Shown: positions 28,182-38,474, counted from the stretch's first letter. The stretch: 64,000 nt of DNA from an uncultured bacterium (GCA_965371225.1 CBDUXP010000001.1:146111-210110), one strand, 5' to 3'. A program made the numbers and translations. Notes: generated by a model not told the origin, from the letters alone.

Positions 28182-29469
28182 CCTCGCCCTCGCCCTGTGC
28201 GTCCTCTCCTTCGCCGGTGCCGCCTGGGGCAAGACCACGGTCGCGCGGCGGGCGCCCAGCGATTTCCACCGCCTGGCCGAGGTGGACGCGCCGGCCCTGA
28301 CGCCGGGGGAAGCGTATGCCGTCTCCCTGTCGTACGACGCAATCGCGATGCTCCGATTCAAGGGCGAGCTGCGGCTGTTCGACAGCCGCGGGGTGGAAAT
28401 TCCGTCGGTCATCCACACGCGGAAAGAGCGGCGCACCGTCAGCCGTTCACTCACGATCTACGACTCCGCGTGGGAACCGGGGCTCATTCAGACGCTGGCC
28501 GTGGATCGGGGCGCCGCCGCCCGCGAGGCGATCAATGAATTCACGCTGACGATCACCGATCGCCAGTACAACGCCCGCGTGCAGGTGCACGGGCGCGACG
28601 GGGACGAGGAGTGGCGCATCGTGCGGGACAACCTGCACCTGATCCGGCACGCCATTCCCGCGGAAAACATTCGGTACACGCACAACACCCTGCGGGTGCC
28701 CCTGTCGCGCTTTCGCTACTTCCGATTCCTCATTGCCGCGTCGGGCCGCACCGGACCGCTGACCGTCACCGGCGTTGCGGTGCAGCAGATCATGCCGGAC
28801 CCGGACGCGTTCCTGCGACGCGAGGTGTTCCCCGTACGGTGGACCAACCCGAAGGACCCGGACGAGCGGCGGGAGTATTGGCTGTTCGACCTGGGGGCGA
28901 CGTACCTGGGCATGACGGAACTGCACCTCCAGTTCGGGGACGGTGACTTCGCCCGGCCGGCGCGCCTCCAGGCGTGGGATCCCAAACGCAAGCGTCCGGG
29001 CCGCCACCTGGCACGGGCCATGCTCTACCGCTACGGGGACGACAGCCAGACGGCGCTCAAGGGCTTCGCGGCGGACGCGCAGCGCCTGGTGCTCGTGATC
29101 GACCACGGCGACAACGCGCCGCTGCCGCTCACCGGGGCCACGGCGGCGCGCCCGAAGCTGGAGGTGCGGTTCCTGGCGGAGGGCGGTATCACGCCGCCCC
29201 TGCGCCTGTACGTGAAGCCAGACGAGGCCCGTACGCCGAACTACGACCTGGCGAAGCGGCTCGCGAAGCGCAAGGACGTGCAGTACACCGCGTTGGCCCA
29301 CGGCATCGTGATCGAGAACGCCGGGTACGCCGAACCGATCCCGCCCCTCAGCGAGCGCGTGCCGTACCTGCTGTACGCCTTTGTCGTGCCGGTCGTGCTC
29401 CTCATGGGCTGGTACATCGCCCGGGTGGTGAAGGCGGGGGTGCCGGCGGATCCGCCGCCCGCGGGCTAG
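28171..29469 (+). CDS. DUF3999 family protein (secreted/anchored partner of DUF2339)
   Basis: Signal peptide (ALALCVLSFAGAAWG) and a C-terminal TM anchor. Overlaps the upstream gene by 11 nt. Confidence 0.45.
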   Translation: MRNSLALALCVLSFAGAAWGKTTVARRAPSDFHRLAEVDAPALTPGEAYAVSLSYDAIAMLRFKGELRLFDSRGVEIPSVIHTRKERRTVSRSLTIYDSAWEPGLIQTLAVDRGAAAREAINEFTLTITDRQYNARVQVHGRDGDEEWRIVRDNLHLIRHAIPAENIRYTHNTLRVPLSRFRYFRFLIAASGRTGPLTVTGVAVQQIMPDPDAFLRREVFPVRWTNPKDPDERREYWLFDLGATYLGMTELHLQFGDGDFARPARLQAWDPKRKRPGRHLARAMLYRYGDDSQTALKGFAADAQRLVLVIDHGDNAPLPLTGATAARPKLEVRFLAEGGITPPLRLYVKPDEARTPNYDLAKRLAKRKDVQYTALAHGIVIENAGYAEPIPPLSERVPYLLYAFVVPVVLLMGWYIARVVKAGVPADPPPAG

Positions 29470-29537
29470 CCGGGCTGCGCCGGCCCACCCGGATATACTG
29501 GTGCCGCGAGGCCGGTCGGCCCGCAAGGAGTGGGGGC

Positions 29538-30731
29538 ATGAGCACGAACGGCACGCCAATCATCGACGCGGACGGCCACTTCATGGAAGTCCACGAAACG
29601 TGGACGACGCACCTGGGTCGCGCCTTCTGGGACCGGCGCATCGACGTGGTGGAGGATGCGGATGGGGTGACCTGGTCGTGTATCGGCGACCGCAAGCTGC
29701 GAACGCTCGGCCGGATGGATCCCGGCACGATCAAGGAAGAAGGCAAACAGGCGGCCGAAGCGCGGAAGCGCGGCCTGAGCACGCAGGGGCGGGCCCACGA
29801 CCAAGGGGGCGGGCGCACCTACATGGAGTCGCTCCAACCCGGCGCGTATCAGCCCGCACCGCGGGTCGCGATGCTCGACGAGATGGGCATCGACAAGCAG
29901 ATTATCTTCCCCACCATCGGGCTCAGCGTGTACAAGGCCCTGTGGGACGACCTGCCCGCACTGTATGCGAACTTCAGCGCGTACAACCGGTGGGTCGCAG
30001 AGTTCAATAGTCACGCGCCCGACCGCCTGTTCGGCGTCGGACAGTTCAGCTTGGAGGATCCGGCCTGGGCCGCGGCGGAAGTCGGGCGCTGCGCCGCCGA
30101 AGGGATCAAGGCGATCATGATCCCCGCCGCGTCCACCACGCGCGACGTCCCCATCTTCCACGAGAGCCACGACCAGGTTTGGCGGGCGTTCGTCGAGCAC
30201 AACGTGGCGGCGGTGTTTCACATCGCGACGCACAAGCGCCCGCTCCCCATGGAGTGGTACGACGGGGATGACGCGCCGAGCAACAAGGCTATGGACCTGG
30301 TGTTCCAGTACCTGCCGGCGGCGACGACGTTGACGGCGCTCATTGCCCACGGCAAGCTGGAGCAATTCCCCGAGCTGCGCATTGGCGTCATGGAGCTGAC
30401 CGGGCGGTGGGTGCCCGAGTGGTTGCGGCTCATGGACATCAACCTGAAGTACCACGCGATCATCGGCGGCGGGGGCCTGCCGAAACGCTCCATGAAGCCG
30501 AGCGAGTACTTCCACCGGCAGGTGTGGGTCAGCCCGTTCGCGTGGGAGAGGATCGGCGATTGCGTGGAGAAGGCGGGGCCGGACACGTTCATGTTCTGCA
30601 GCGACTGGCCCCACCCCGAAGGCAGCAAGAATCCGGTGCCCGACTTCCTGAAAGCCATCAGCCAGGTGGACGATCCCGCCCGCACGGCGATCATGGGGGG
30701 CAACGCCGCTGCGCTGCTGGGGATCAACTGA
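29538..30731 (+). CDS. Amidohydrolase-2 family metal-dependent hydrolase (TIM barrel)
   Basis: …IIDADGHFMEVHE…, …FMFCSDWPHPEG… are typical of Amidohydro_2. ATG 29538 preceded by AAGGAGTGGGGG. The upstream part of six-frame ORF 28974..30731 is rejected. Confidence 0.6.
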   Translation: MSTNGTPIIDADGHFMEVHETWTTHLGRAFWDRRIDVVEDADGVTWSCIGDRKLRTLGRMDPGTIKEEGKQAAEARKRGLSTQGRAHDQGGGRTYMESLQPGAYQPAPRVAMLDEMGIDKQIIFPTIGLSVYKALWDDLPALYANFSAYNRWVAEFNSHAPDRLFGVGQFSLEDPAWAAAEVGRCAAEGIKAIMIPAASTTRDVPIFHESHDQVWRAFVEHNVAAVFHIATHKRPLPMEWYDGDDAPSNKAMDLVFQYLPAATTLTALIAHGKLEQFPELRIGVMELTGRWVPEWLRLMDINLKYHAIIGGGGLPKRSMKPSEYFHRQVWVSPFAWERIGDCVEKAGPDTFMFCSDWPHPEGSKNPVPDFLKAISQVDDPARTAIMGGNAAALLGIN

Positions 30732-30734
30732 GCG

Positions 30735-31811
30735 ATGACGGAGCAGACGCAGGCGGACCGGGAACTCGTTCCCGTCCGCGAGGGGCTTGAATTCGATTTC
30801 GCCGCGCTCCGGGGGTGGTTCGACGGCAACGTGCCGGATTTCCCGGGCGGCGAGTTGGAAGTCCTGCAGTTCGGCGGCGGGCAATCTAATCCCACGTTCA
30901 GCATTCGCGCGGGGGGCGAGGAAGTGGTGCTGCGCAAGCAGCCGCCGGGCGACCTGCTGCCGACGGCGCACGACATGGCCCGTGAGTTCCGCGTCATGTC
31001 GGCCATGCACAAAGCCGAGGTGCCAGTCGCACGGCCCATCGCCATGTGCACGGACCGCGCGGTCATCGGCACGCAGTTTTATGTCATGGAGCGCAAGCAC
31101 GGGTTCGTCGTGCGCGAGGCGATCACGCCGGAGATCGAGAGCGAGGAGATGCGGCGAAAAATCAGCTTCGGGCTGATCGATGCCGCGGCGAAGGTGCACG
31201 GCGTGGACTACGAGGCCCATGGGCTCGCGGACTTTGGCAAGCCCCACGGCTATGTGGCGCGGCAGGTGAAACGCTGGTGGTCGCAGTACGAACAGTCACA
31301 GACGCGGGAGATCGCGGTGGTCCCGCAACTGCGCGACTGGCTGATGGGGCGGCTGCCACCGGACAGCGAATCGCGGGTAGTGCACGGGGATTTTCGCGTC
31401 GAGAATGTGATGTATGCCGATGACGGCACGGGCCGCGTGACCGCGATCATGGATTGGGAGATCAGCACCCTCGGGGATCCGCTCTGCGACCTCGGGTATT
31501 CCATGGCGTACTGGCTACAGGGCGAGCGGGAGTCGTTGCAGAGCATGCTCATCCCCAACGTCACGCTCGAGCCGGGCTTCCCCACGAAGACCGAAATGAT
31601 CGCGTACTACGAAGAGATCACCGGCCGCACCATGACGAACTTGGAGTACTACGAAGCGTTCAGCTTCTTTCGCCTGGCGTGCATCGCCCAGGGCATCATG
31701 AAACGCTACCTCATCGGCCAGGCCAAGCACCCGCGCGCGAAACTCATCGGTGAAGCAACGGAGATGATTGCGCAGGCGGGATGGACCATCGCGGAGAAGT
31801 CCGGCCTCTGA
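30735..31811 (+). CDS. Phosphotransferase enzyme family protein (APH/CHK kinase-like)
   Basis: …VVHGDFRVENVMYADDGTGRVTAIMDWEISTLGDPLCDLG… matches the catalytic loop and DxD of the APH family. Confidence 0.6.
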   Translation: MTEQTQADRELVPVREGLEFDFAALRGWFDGNVPDFPGGELEVLQFGGGQSNPTFSIRAGGEEVVLRKQPPGDLLPTAHDMAREFRVMSAMHKAEVPVARPIAMCTDRAVIGTQFYVMERKHGFVVREAITPEIESEEMRRKISFGLIDAAAKVHGVDYEAHGLADFGKPHGYVARQVKRWWSQYEQSQTREIAVVPQLRDWLMGRLPPDSESRVVHGDFRVENVMYADDGTGRVTAIMDWEISTLGDPLCDLGYSMAYWLQGERESLQSMLIPNVTLEPGFPTKTEMIAYYEEITGRTMTNLEYYEAFSFFRLACIAQGIMKRYLIGQAKHPRAKLIGEATEMIAQAGWTIAEKSGL

Positions 31812-34111
31812 ACGCCGCACCCGCCGCATCGGCCCCGACCGCTGCGCCTGTCGCCCGCTGGGCCGATCGCGCCGCGCTCGGGGCGTTCTTCATCTGGGCC
31901 GCGGTCTACGCCACGCGCCGGCTGGGCGGCGCCGACTACTGGTGGCACCTGGCGTTCGGCCGCTACGTCTGGGAGCACCGGGCGCTGCCCGAGGTGGATG
32001 TGTTCACCTTCACGCACCATGGCGCGCCCTGGGTCAACGTCTCCTGGCTCGCGGACCTGCTGCTCTACGGGTTCTACAGTCTCGGCGGCGTGGCGGCGAT
32101 GGGCGCGCTGGTCACCATCCTCATACTCGGCAGCCACGTGGTCATGGCCGGCGCGAGTCACCGCGCGGGGCGCAGCATCCTGTTCATCCCTGCGGCCGCG
32201 CTCGCCCTCGGCCTCCACTGGGGCCGCTTCGTGCTCCGCCCGTTCCTCATCTCTTCACTGCTCACCGCGACGGTGATGCTTCTTATCGAACGCGATCGGC
32301 GGCGGTCCGCGCGCGGCGAGCCGACACCGGGCCGCGCACTCTGGCTGCTGGTCCCGCTCGCGTGGTTCTGGGCATGCAGCCACGGGGCGTTCGTGATCCT
32401 GTACGGGCTCATCGGCGCGTACGGCCTGGAAGTGCTCTGGCAACAGCGCCCGGCGCGCGACGCCGACGCTGGCGCGCGCACAGCATGGCGGCTTCGATTC
32501 CGGAAGCTGGTGCTGCTCGGCATGGCGTGTGCGGTCGCAACCGTCGCGCAACCCTACGGATTCACGGCGTTCGGACGCATCGCCGCCATGATGGGCAGCG
32601 AGGTGTGGCGCACCGCCATCGGCGAGTGGCAGCACACGTGGGAGTACGCCGCGCGCAGCCCGCAACTGGCGATGCAGTGGTACGGCTTGTGGGCGTTGAT
32701 CCTGGTTAGTTTTGTCGCGGCTGGGCGTCGCGGCAGTCTCTTCCGGGGTTGCGTGGTGGCGGGCATGGGGGTGCTCGCCTTCGACGCCGTGCGCCACCTG
32801 GACATCTTTCTCTACATCGCCGTCCCCGCCGTAGCGTGCAACTTCCATGACGCCTGGGAAGCGCGTGGGGCGCGCGTGCGCGAGTGGTTGCGCGCACGCG
32901 GGGTGCGCACGGTCGGTTTCGCGCTCGGGTGGGCCGTCCTCGTCGCCGGCGCGTGCGGCTTTGCCGCGTCACGCTACGTGGTCGGCACCTACGTCCGTGG
33001 GGACGCGCAGGGGCGCGTGCGCGCATGGGCTACCGCGCCGGGCGCCTACCCGGCACAACCCATGAGCCTGCTGCTTGCCCGCCCCACCAGCGGCCGCGTG
33101 TTCAACTCGTTCGAGCACGGCGGCTACGTCTTCTGGCGCCAGTATCCCAAACCAGTCTTTATCGACAGCAAAGGCCTGGACGAACGGCAGTTCCTCGACT
33201 ACGTGGACATCCTGAATTCGCACGAGGCCTTTCAGGCCGCGACGGAGACGCACAACCTGCGCGCGGTGGTCATGCCCCTGGCTCCGCGCTGGGCGGACTT
33301 GTACGTGCGCCTGCAGGCCGACCCCGCGTGGCGGCTGGAACTGCTGAGCCCTGACGGGTACCTGTTCACGCGCCGGCAGGGCACCGCGCCATCCCCATCG
33401 CCCGAAGGAGATCTGGCGACGTTCATCCCGCCGCCGGTAGGACTCGTGGACGCAGGCGCCGCGCGCGTGGCCCCGAACCCCATCGATGCCCGGGCCATGG
33501 GGCAATTCCTGACCGCCGCCGGCATGCCCAAGCACGCCGCGGTCGCCTATGGTACGGGCATCAAACTGAGTCCGCACCACGCCCCCACCCGCCTGGACTA
33601 CGCCAATCTCCTGGTGGACCTCGGCCACGGGAGCGCTGCGCTGGCGGCCGTCGAAGGGGTCGATCGGCGTGCGGGCCGCGACGTGGCAGCCGCAGCCAGC
33701 CTCGTGCGCGCGCGGGTCGCGCAAACGGCCGGCGACCTGACGTCAGCGGTGATGCACGCGGAAGCGGCGGGCCGCGCGGCGGGAGAACCCGGTTTCGAAC
33801 TGCGGCTGCAGTTACGCCTCCAGCAGGGGGACGCTGCGGGTGCCGTCGCGGAAGGCCGCCGCTGGGTGCGGCGCTATCGCCGTTCCGCGACCGCGCGAAA
33901 CAATCTGGCCGTGGCCCTCAACACGAACGGGGACTCCGACGCGGCGCTCCGCGCGATCGGGCGGGCGGGGGAATTGGCCCCGGCGCGCGGCGATATACAG
34001 TACACGCGCGGGCTGATTCTGCAGGGCGCGGGCGATGCGGCTGGTGCGGCGGAGGCATTTGCCGCGGCCCGTAGGATGGGGTTCACGTCCTCGGAGGACG
34101 GGGGGAGGTAG
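31781..34111 (+). CDS. Polytopic membrane protein with C-terminal TPR-repeat domain (function unknown; possibly GT-C-like)
   Basis: About 400 aa with about 11 TM helices, followed by about 250 aa of TPR-like Ala/Leu-rich repeats. Start uncertain (the 31781 ORF start overlaps the upstream stop by 31 nt). Confidence 0.4.
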   Translation: MDHRGEVRPLNAAPAASAPTAAPVARWADRAALGAFFIWAAVYATRRLGGADYWWHLAFGRYVWEHRALPEVDVFTFTHHGAPWVNVSWLADLLLYGFYSLGGVAAMGALVTILILGSHVVMAGASHRAGRSILFIPAAALALGLHWGRFVLRPFLISSLLTATVMLLIERDRRRSARGEPTPGRALWLLVPLAWFWACSHGAFVILYGLIGAYGLEVLWQQRPARDADAGARTAWRLRFRKLVLLGMACAVATVAQPYGFTAFGRIAAMMGSEVWRTAIGEWQHTWEYAARSPQLAMQWYGLWALILVSFVAAGRRGSLFRGCVVAGMGVLAFDAVRHLDIFLYIAVPAVACNFHDAWEARGARVREWLRARGVRTVGFALGWAVLVAGACGFAASRYVVGTYVRGDAQGRVRAWATAPGAYPAQPMSLLLARPTSGRVFNSFEHGGYVFWRQYPKPVFIDSKGLDERQFLDYVDILNSHEAFQAATETHNLRAVVMPLAPRWADLYVRLQADPAWRLELLSPDGYLFTRRQGTAPSPSPEGDLATFIPPPVGLVDAGAARVAPNPIDARAMGQFLTAAGMPKHAAVAYGTGIKLSPHHAPTRLDYANLLVDLGHGSAALAAVEGVDRRAGRDVAAAASLVRARVAQTAGDLTSAVMHAEAAGRAAGEPGFELRLQLRLQQGDAAGAVAEGRRWVRRYRRSATARNNLAVALNTNGDSDAALRAIGRAGELAPARGDIQYTRGLILQGAGDAAGAAEAFAAARRMGFTSSEDGGR

Positions 34112-34113
34112 TT

Positions 34114-34893
34114 ATGTACGACACACTGGAACTGGAGCGGGACGGCGCGATCGCGCACGTGTGGCTGAACCGGCCGGAGAAATTAAACGCCATCAACAGC
34201 ACGATGCTCAAGGAGATCGTGCAGGTGTGCGACGCGCTCCAGCAGATGCCGGACGTGAGCGTGGTGGTGTGGGGCGGCCGGGGCCGGGCGTTCAGTGCGG
34301 GGGCAGACTTCACCGCGCCCCCCGGCGGGACGGGCGCGCAGGCGGCGACGAACGCGCGGGCCCAACGCTACGCGGGCCAGATTGGCCGGCGCGCCACGGA
34401 GGCAATAGAATCCCTGGAAGCGACGACAATTGCTCGCGTACACGGCTGGGCCGTGGGCGGCGGGTTGGTCCTGGCGTTGGCGTGTGATTTCCGCATCGCC
34501 GCGGCATCGACCACGTTCTGCATCCCGGAAGTGGACTTGGGCATTCCGCTCATGTGGGGCGCAGTGCCGCGGCTCATCCAGTGCGCGGGCCCGACGAAGG
34601 CGCGGGAGTGGATCCTGCTGTGCGACCGTTTTCCCGCCGCCGAAGCGCAGCAGCACGGGCTGCTGAACGCCGTCGTGCCGGACGACGACCTGGACGGCAC
34701 CGTCCGCGAGTGGGCCCAACGCCTGGCGGCGAAAGATGAATTGGCGCGGCACGTGACGAAGACCCAGTTCCGCGCGTACGGACGCCGTGCACTCCTGGGC
34801 GACCTGACGGAGTGCGATGCCGACGCCATTCTGATGGGCGGCCGGATGCGGCGGCCGGCGGGTGGTGACGCTGGGGACGGCGAGGGGCCGTAA
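34114..34893 (+). CDS. Enoyl-CoA hydratase/isomerase (crotonase) family protein
   Basis: …AHVWLNRPEKLNAIN…FSAGADF…GWAVGGGLVLALACDFRIAA… ATG preceded by GGGGGAGG. Confidence 0.75.
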   Translation: MYDTLELERDGAIAHVWLNRPEKLNAINSTMLKEIVQVCDALQQMPDVSVVVWGGRGRAFSAGADFTAPPGGTGAQAATNARAQRYAGQIGRRATEAIESLEATTIARVHGWAVGGGLVLALACDFRIAAASTTFCIPEVDLGIPLMWGAVPRLIQCAGPTKAREWILLCDRFPAAEAQQHGLLNAVVPDDDLDGTVREWAQRLAAKDELARHVTKTQFRAYGRRALLGDLTECDADAILMGGRMRRPAGGDAGDGEGP

Positions 34894-34940
34894 GCCCTTG
34901 CCCCCTTGCGTCTTGTGGGGGTAATGTAAAACTAGGTGTA

Positions 34941-35210
34941 ATGCTCAGCTGCGAGGCTGTCAAACAGCTCATTGAACAAGCGCTCCCCGGGGCCGAGGCC
35001 CGGGTGCAAACCTTTGGCGGCGGGGCGGATCACTTCGAGGCCGTAGTAGTGGCGCCACAGTTCGAGGGCTTGTCGATGGTCAAGCAACACCAACTGGTCT
35101 ACGCACCGGTGCAGACGCACCTCCAGAGCGGGGCGATGCATGCCCTGGGCCTGAAGACGTACACGCCCACGGAATGGGCCGACACCCACAGCGGCCCGGC
35201 CGGCACATAA
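34941..35210 (+). CDS. bolA: BolA family protein
   Basis: 89 aa. …GGGADHFEAVVVAPQFEGLSMVKQHQLVY… is the BolA fold signature. Confidence 0.65.
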   Translation: MLSCEAVKQLIEQALPGAEARVQTFGGGADHFEAVVVAPQFEGLSMVKQHQLVYAPVQTHLQSGAMHALGLKTYTPTEWADTHSGPAGT

Positions 35211-35221
35211 TCGAGGAACCC

Positions 35222-35560
35222 ATGTCAGATCTCGCTACCCAAATTCGCGACGCCATCACCGAACACAAAATCTTGTTATTCATGAAGGGCACGCCGGAGT
35301 CTCCGCAATGCGGTTTTTCCGCCACCGTGATTGATGTGTTGAAGCAGTACGGCAAACCCTTCGCCTCGTGGAACATTCTGGAAGACCCCGCCGTGCGCCA
35401 GGAATTGAGCGCGCAATCCGCCTGGCCCACCATCCCGCAGTTGTTCATCAATGGCGAGTTCGTCGGCGGCTGCGACATCGTGCGGGAATTGCACGCCCGC
35501 GGCAAAATCCAAGCGCTGATCGATTCGGCCTTCGCCGAAGAAGAAGCGCCCACCGGCTAA
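35222..35560 (+). CDS. grxD: Monothiol glutaredoxin (Grx4/GrxD family)
   Basis: CGFS active site (…LFMKGTPESPQCGFSATVIDVLK…). Adjacent to bolA, its classic partner. Confidence 0.8.
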   Translation: MSDLATQIRDAITEHKILLFMKGTPESPQCGFSATVIDVLKQYGKPFASWNILEDPAVRQELSAQSAWPTIPQLFINGEFVGGCDIVRELHARGKIQALIDSAFAEEEAPTG

Positions 35561-35594
35561 CGGGGGGGCGCGCCCGGCAGGGCGCAGCCTCGGC

Positions 35595-36506
35595 TCAGCC
35601 GCCGAGGATCTCCGTCAACGCCGCCTCGGCCGTCGGATACTGGAAGCGGTAGCCACTCGCCAGCGCGGCGGCGGGTTGCACGTGCTGTCCGTCGAGCAGG
35701 ATGGTCGCCATCTCGCCGAAGAGCAGCCGCAGCACCGGCGCGGGGACGGAGGCCCACGAGGGGCGGCGCATGACGCGGCCCAGCACACGGCAGAACTCCC
35801 GAAACGACAGGCCTTCGGGTGCGGTGGCGTTGACGGGTCCTGCCAGCGTCGGCGTATCGATGGCGTGCTCAACCAGGCCGATGATGTCCGCGCGATGTAC
35901 CCAGGGGAAATGTTGGCGTCCGCTGCCCAGCGGGCCGCCCACGAACATCTTGAACGGCAGCAGCATCTTCGCGAGCGCGCCACCGTCCGCGCCGAGCACC
36001 ACACCGATACGCAAGCACACGACACGGCAATGCGCCTCCGCCGCCCGCGCGGCCGCCTCCCACTCCACGCAGAGCTGCGCCAGGAAGTCGGTGCCCGGGG
36101 GCGTGGATTCGGTCACCGGTTCCGCATCGCGCGGCCCGTACCAACCGATCGCCGACGCGTTGACCAGCACGGAGGGCGGCGTCGCAGCACCGGCAATCGC
36201 CTGGACGATCGCATCGGTGGCCTGAACCCGGCTATCGCGGAGCGCCGCCTTCCGCGCCGGGGACCAGCGCTTGTCCGCCACCCCTTCCCCAACAAGATTA
36301 ATCACCGCGCCCGCGCCGTTCACGTGCGCGGCCCAGTTGCCGTGGGTGCGCCCGTCCCATGCCGCGAGGGTGATGCCGTCGCCAAGCCGCGCCGGGGCAC
36401 CACGGGGATTGCGGCTGAGACCGATCACCGCATGGCCGTGCTGCGCCAGATGAAGGCAGAGGGGCACGCCGATGAACCCGGTCGCGCCGGCAATGACGAT
36501 CTTCAT
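35595..36506 (-). CDS. TIGR01777/YfcH-like NAD-dependent epimerase/dehydratase family protein (DUF1731 C-terminus)
   Basis: MKIVIAGATGFIG Rossmann start and the conserved C-terminal region. Confidence 0.6.
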   Translation of the reverse strand: MKIVIAGATGFIGVPLCLHLAQHGHAVIGLSRNPRGAPARLGDGITLAAWDGRTHGNWAAHVNGAGAVINLVGEGVADKRWSPARKAALRDSRVQATDAIVQAIAGAATPPSVLVNASAIGWYGPRDAEPVTESTPPGTDFLAQLCVEWEAAARAAEAHCRVVCLRIGVVLGADGGALAKMLLPFKMFVGGPLGSGRQHFPWVHRADIIGLVEHAIDTPTLAGPVNATAPEGLSFREFCRVLGRVMRRPSWASVPAPVLRLLFGEMATILLDGQHVQPAAALASGYRFQYPTAEAALTEILGG

Positions 36507-36656
36507 GAGGACTCTCCGTTGCGACGACCCCGGACCCTCCCGTGGGGTCCGGCCCAGTCCATAGTGACACAGGCTGCGCTGTAGAGAAAAGCGGTAACGG
36601 CGCGGGGCAACCGGCTATGCTGAAGGTCCGGCGCAAGCCGGTTTCGCCACGTCATC

Positions 36657-38465
36657 ATGATGCAGGATACCGTGACGCCCGCCGCCGCGCCGCCCCCCCG
36701 TCTGCAGCGGGCCGCCGCGTACACGGGCCGGCTGTGGGTGCTCGCCGCTGCGTGCGTGCCCCTCAGCACGCTCGCGTATGCGGTGGCCGCGTATTCCCCC
36801 GTTCAGCTCCACGATCAGTGGGAAGAAGTCCTGTGGCTACAGCGGTACGCCGCGGGGGGCGCGCGGTTTTCCGACCTGTGGCGGCTGCACAACGAACACA
36901 GCATTCTCTTTCCCCGATTCTTCATTCTGGCGGACCTGTTCCTATTCCGCGGCACGAACGCGTTGCTGACTCCCGTCAATCTCGCGTTGCAAGCGGTGAC
37001 GTGCGCGCTCTACGCGCGGTTCGCGTGGCGCACGGTCAACCTCTCGCGCCCACTGGTGTATTTCCTCGTTGGCGTGTATCTCGTGGTGCTACCGTCCGCC
37101 GTGCAGATGGAGAATTTCATCTGGGGCTTCCAAGTGACCTTTCTCCTGGTCTTCTGCGCGGCGGTCGGGTCGATCGTCTGCATCTCCCGGTACGGCACAA
37201 GCCTCGCCACCGGCGTGGCCGCGCCCCGCTGGCTCGCCCTCGGGTGTGGGGCGGCCATCGTGGCGACCTTCTCCATGGTGAACGGCATATTGATCTGGCC
37301 CGTGCTGGTGCTCCTCGCGTTCGCCAGCCGCCTGCGCGGGAGGGATATGGCCCTGCTCGTCTGCGTAGCCACCGCGGTGATCGGAGTGCGCCTGGCCATC
37401 GGCATCCCCGGCGCGGATCTCACCGTCGTCCTCACCCAGCCGCGCCGCGTGCTGACGTTTTTCTGCTGGTACTTGGGCACCCCCTTCCGCCATGTCTCCG
37501 TGTTCGCGGTGCAGCGGCTCGGCATCGCCGGCGGGATGTTCACCGTCCTCATCCCGGTGTACTTCGCGGGGCGCCGCCGCCGATTAGAGGCCTTTCAGGC
37601 CACCCATCTCGCGGTGATCGCGTTCGTTGCCGGCAGTGGCCTCGCCACCAGTATCGGGCGCCAACATTGGCCGCTGGACATCCTGCTCAACACCCGGTAC
37701 GCGACGCCGGCGCTCCTTTTCTGGGCCAGCGCCGTGTCGCTCGTAGTGTACGAAACGCGCGCGGCGGCGCGCGGCGCGCGCATGGTGCGGGCGTGCGTCG
37801 TCGCGGTGGTGGTGCTGGTGCTGGCCACCTGCGCCGTCCCTGCCCACATGGTGGCCGGCCCCGCCCAGCGCGGCTACTCCCGTTCGGCGGAGTACGCCAC
37901 GCTGGCCTTGGTGGTGGGCGTCGAAGATGAAACGTCGCTCACGAATCTGCACACCCACGCCGAGGTGTTGCTCCCCCTGGTACCGTTCCTGCGCGACCGC
38001 CGGCTGGGACTCTTCTCGGAAGAGTGGACTGCACACCTGAATCGCCCGCTGGCAGACGTCTACGCCATCGATGTCGCGTCGGACGCGGCTCGCCCCGCGG
38101 AACGTGGCGTGGTCGGCAAGCTGGAAAGCGCGGGGCCCCTGCCGACACCGGAGGGTCGGCCGGCGCCGCCCGAGGGCGCGATCGTGGAGGGCTGGGCTTG
38201 GGACGTGCAAGGCCGGCGCCCCGTTGCGCTCGTTCTCCTCGTGAACCCGGCTGGCGTGATCCGCGGATTTGCGTTGCCGCACGTGCCGCGGCCGGATATC
38301 ACCACGCGCTACGGTCCCGAGCTACCCGGCTCCCTGGAGAACGCGGGCTGGTTCGGATTCGTGGCGTCGCGGGGGGACTTTCCCGTGCGGGCGTACGGGG
38401 TGCGCAAAGGCACCACCATCGCGTACCCGCTCTCCGCCGGCCCCGACGCGCCGGCACAGCGGTAG
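36657..38465 (+). CDS. Hypothetical polytopic membrane protein with C-terminal soluble domain
   Basis: About 14 TM helices over 450 aa plus a ~130-aa hydrophilic tail. No family recognised by eye. Confidence 0.4.
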   Translation: MMQDTVTPAAAPPPRLQRAAAYTGRLWVLAAACVPLSTLAYAVAAYSPVQLHDQWEEVLWLQRYAAGGARFSDLWRLHNEHSILFPRFFILADLFLFRGTNALLTPVNLALQAVTCALYARFAWRTVNLSRPLVYFLVGVYLVVLPSAVQMENFIWGFQVTFLLVFCAAVGSIVCISRYGTSLATGVAAPRWLALGCGAAIVATFSMVNGILIWPVLVLLAFASRLRGRDMALLVCVATAVIGVRLAIGIPGADLTVVLTQPRRVLTFFCWYLGTPFRHVSVFAVQRLGIAGGMFTVLIPVYFAGRRRRLEAFQATHLAVIAFVAGSGLATSIGRQHWPLDILLNTRYATPALLFWASAVSLVVYETRAAARGARMVRACVVAVVVLVLATCAVPAHMVAGPAQRGYSRSAEYATLALVVGVEDETSLTNLHTHAEVLLPLVPFLRDRRLGLFSEEWTAHLNRPLADVYAIDVASDAARPAERGVVGKLESAGPLPTPEGRPAPPEGAIVEGWAWDVQGRRPVALVLLVNPAGVIRGFALPHVPRPDITTRYGPELPGSLENAGWFGFVASRGDFPVRAYGVRKGTTIAYPLSAGPDAPAQR

Positions 38466-38474
38466 CCGAGCCGC

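Noticed and set aside
35557-35757. Possible bidirectional terminator hairpin CCTCGGC-TCAGCC-GCCGAGG (35588-35607) between convergent grxD and yfcH-like genes
   Set aside because: The stem overlaps the last codons and stop of the minus-strand gene and lacks a U-tract. It is plausible, but I did not list it as a feature.
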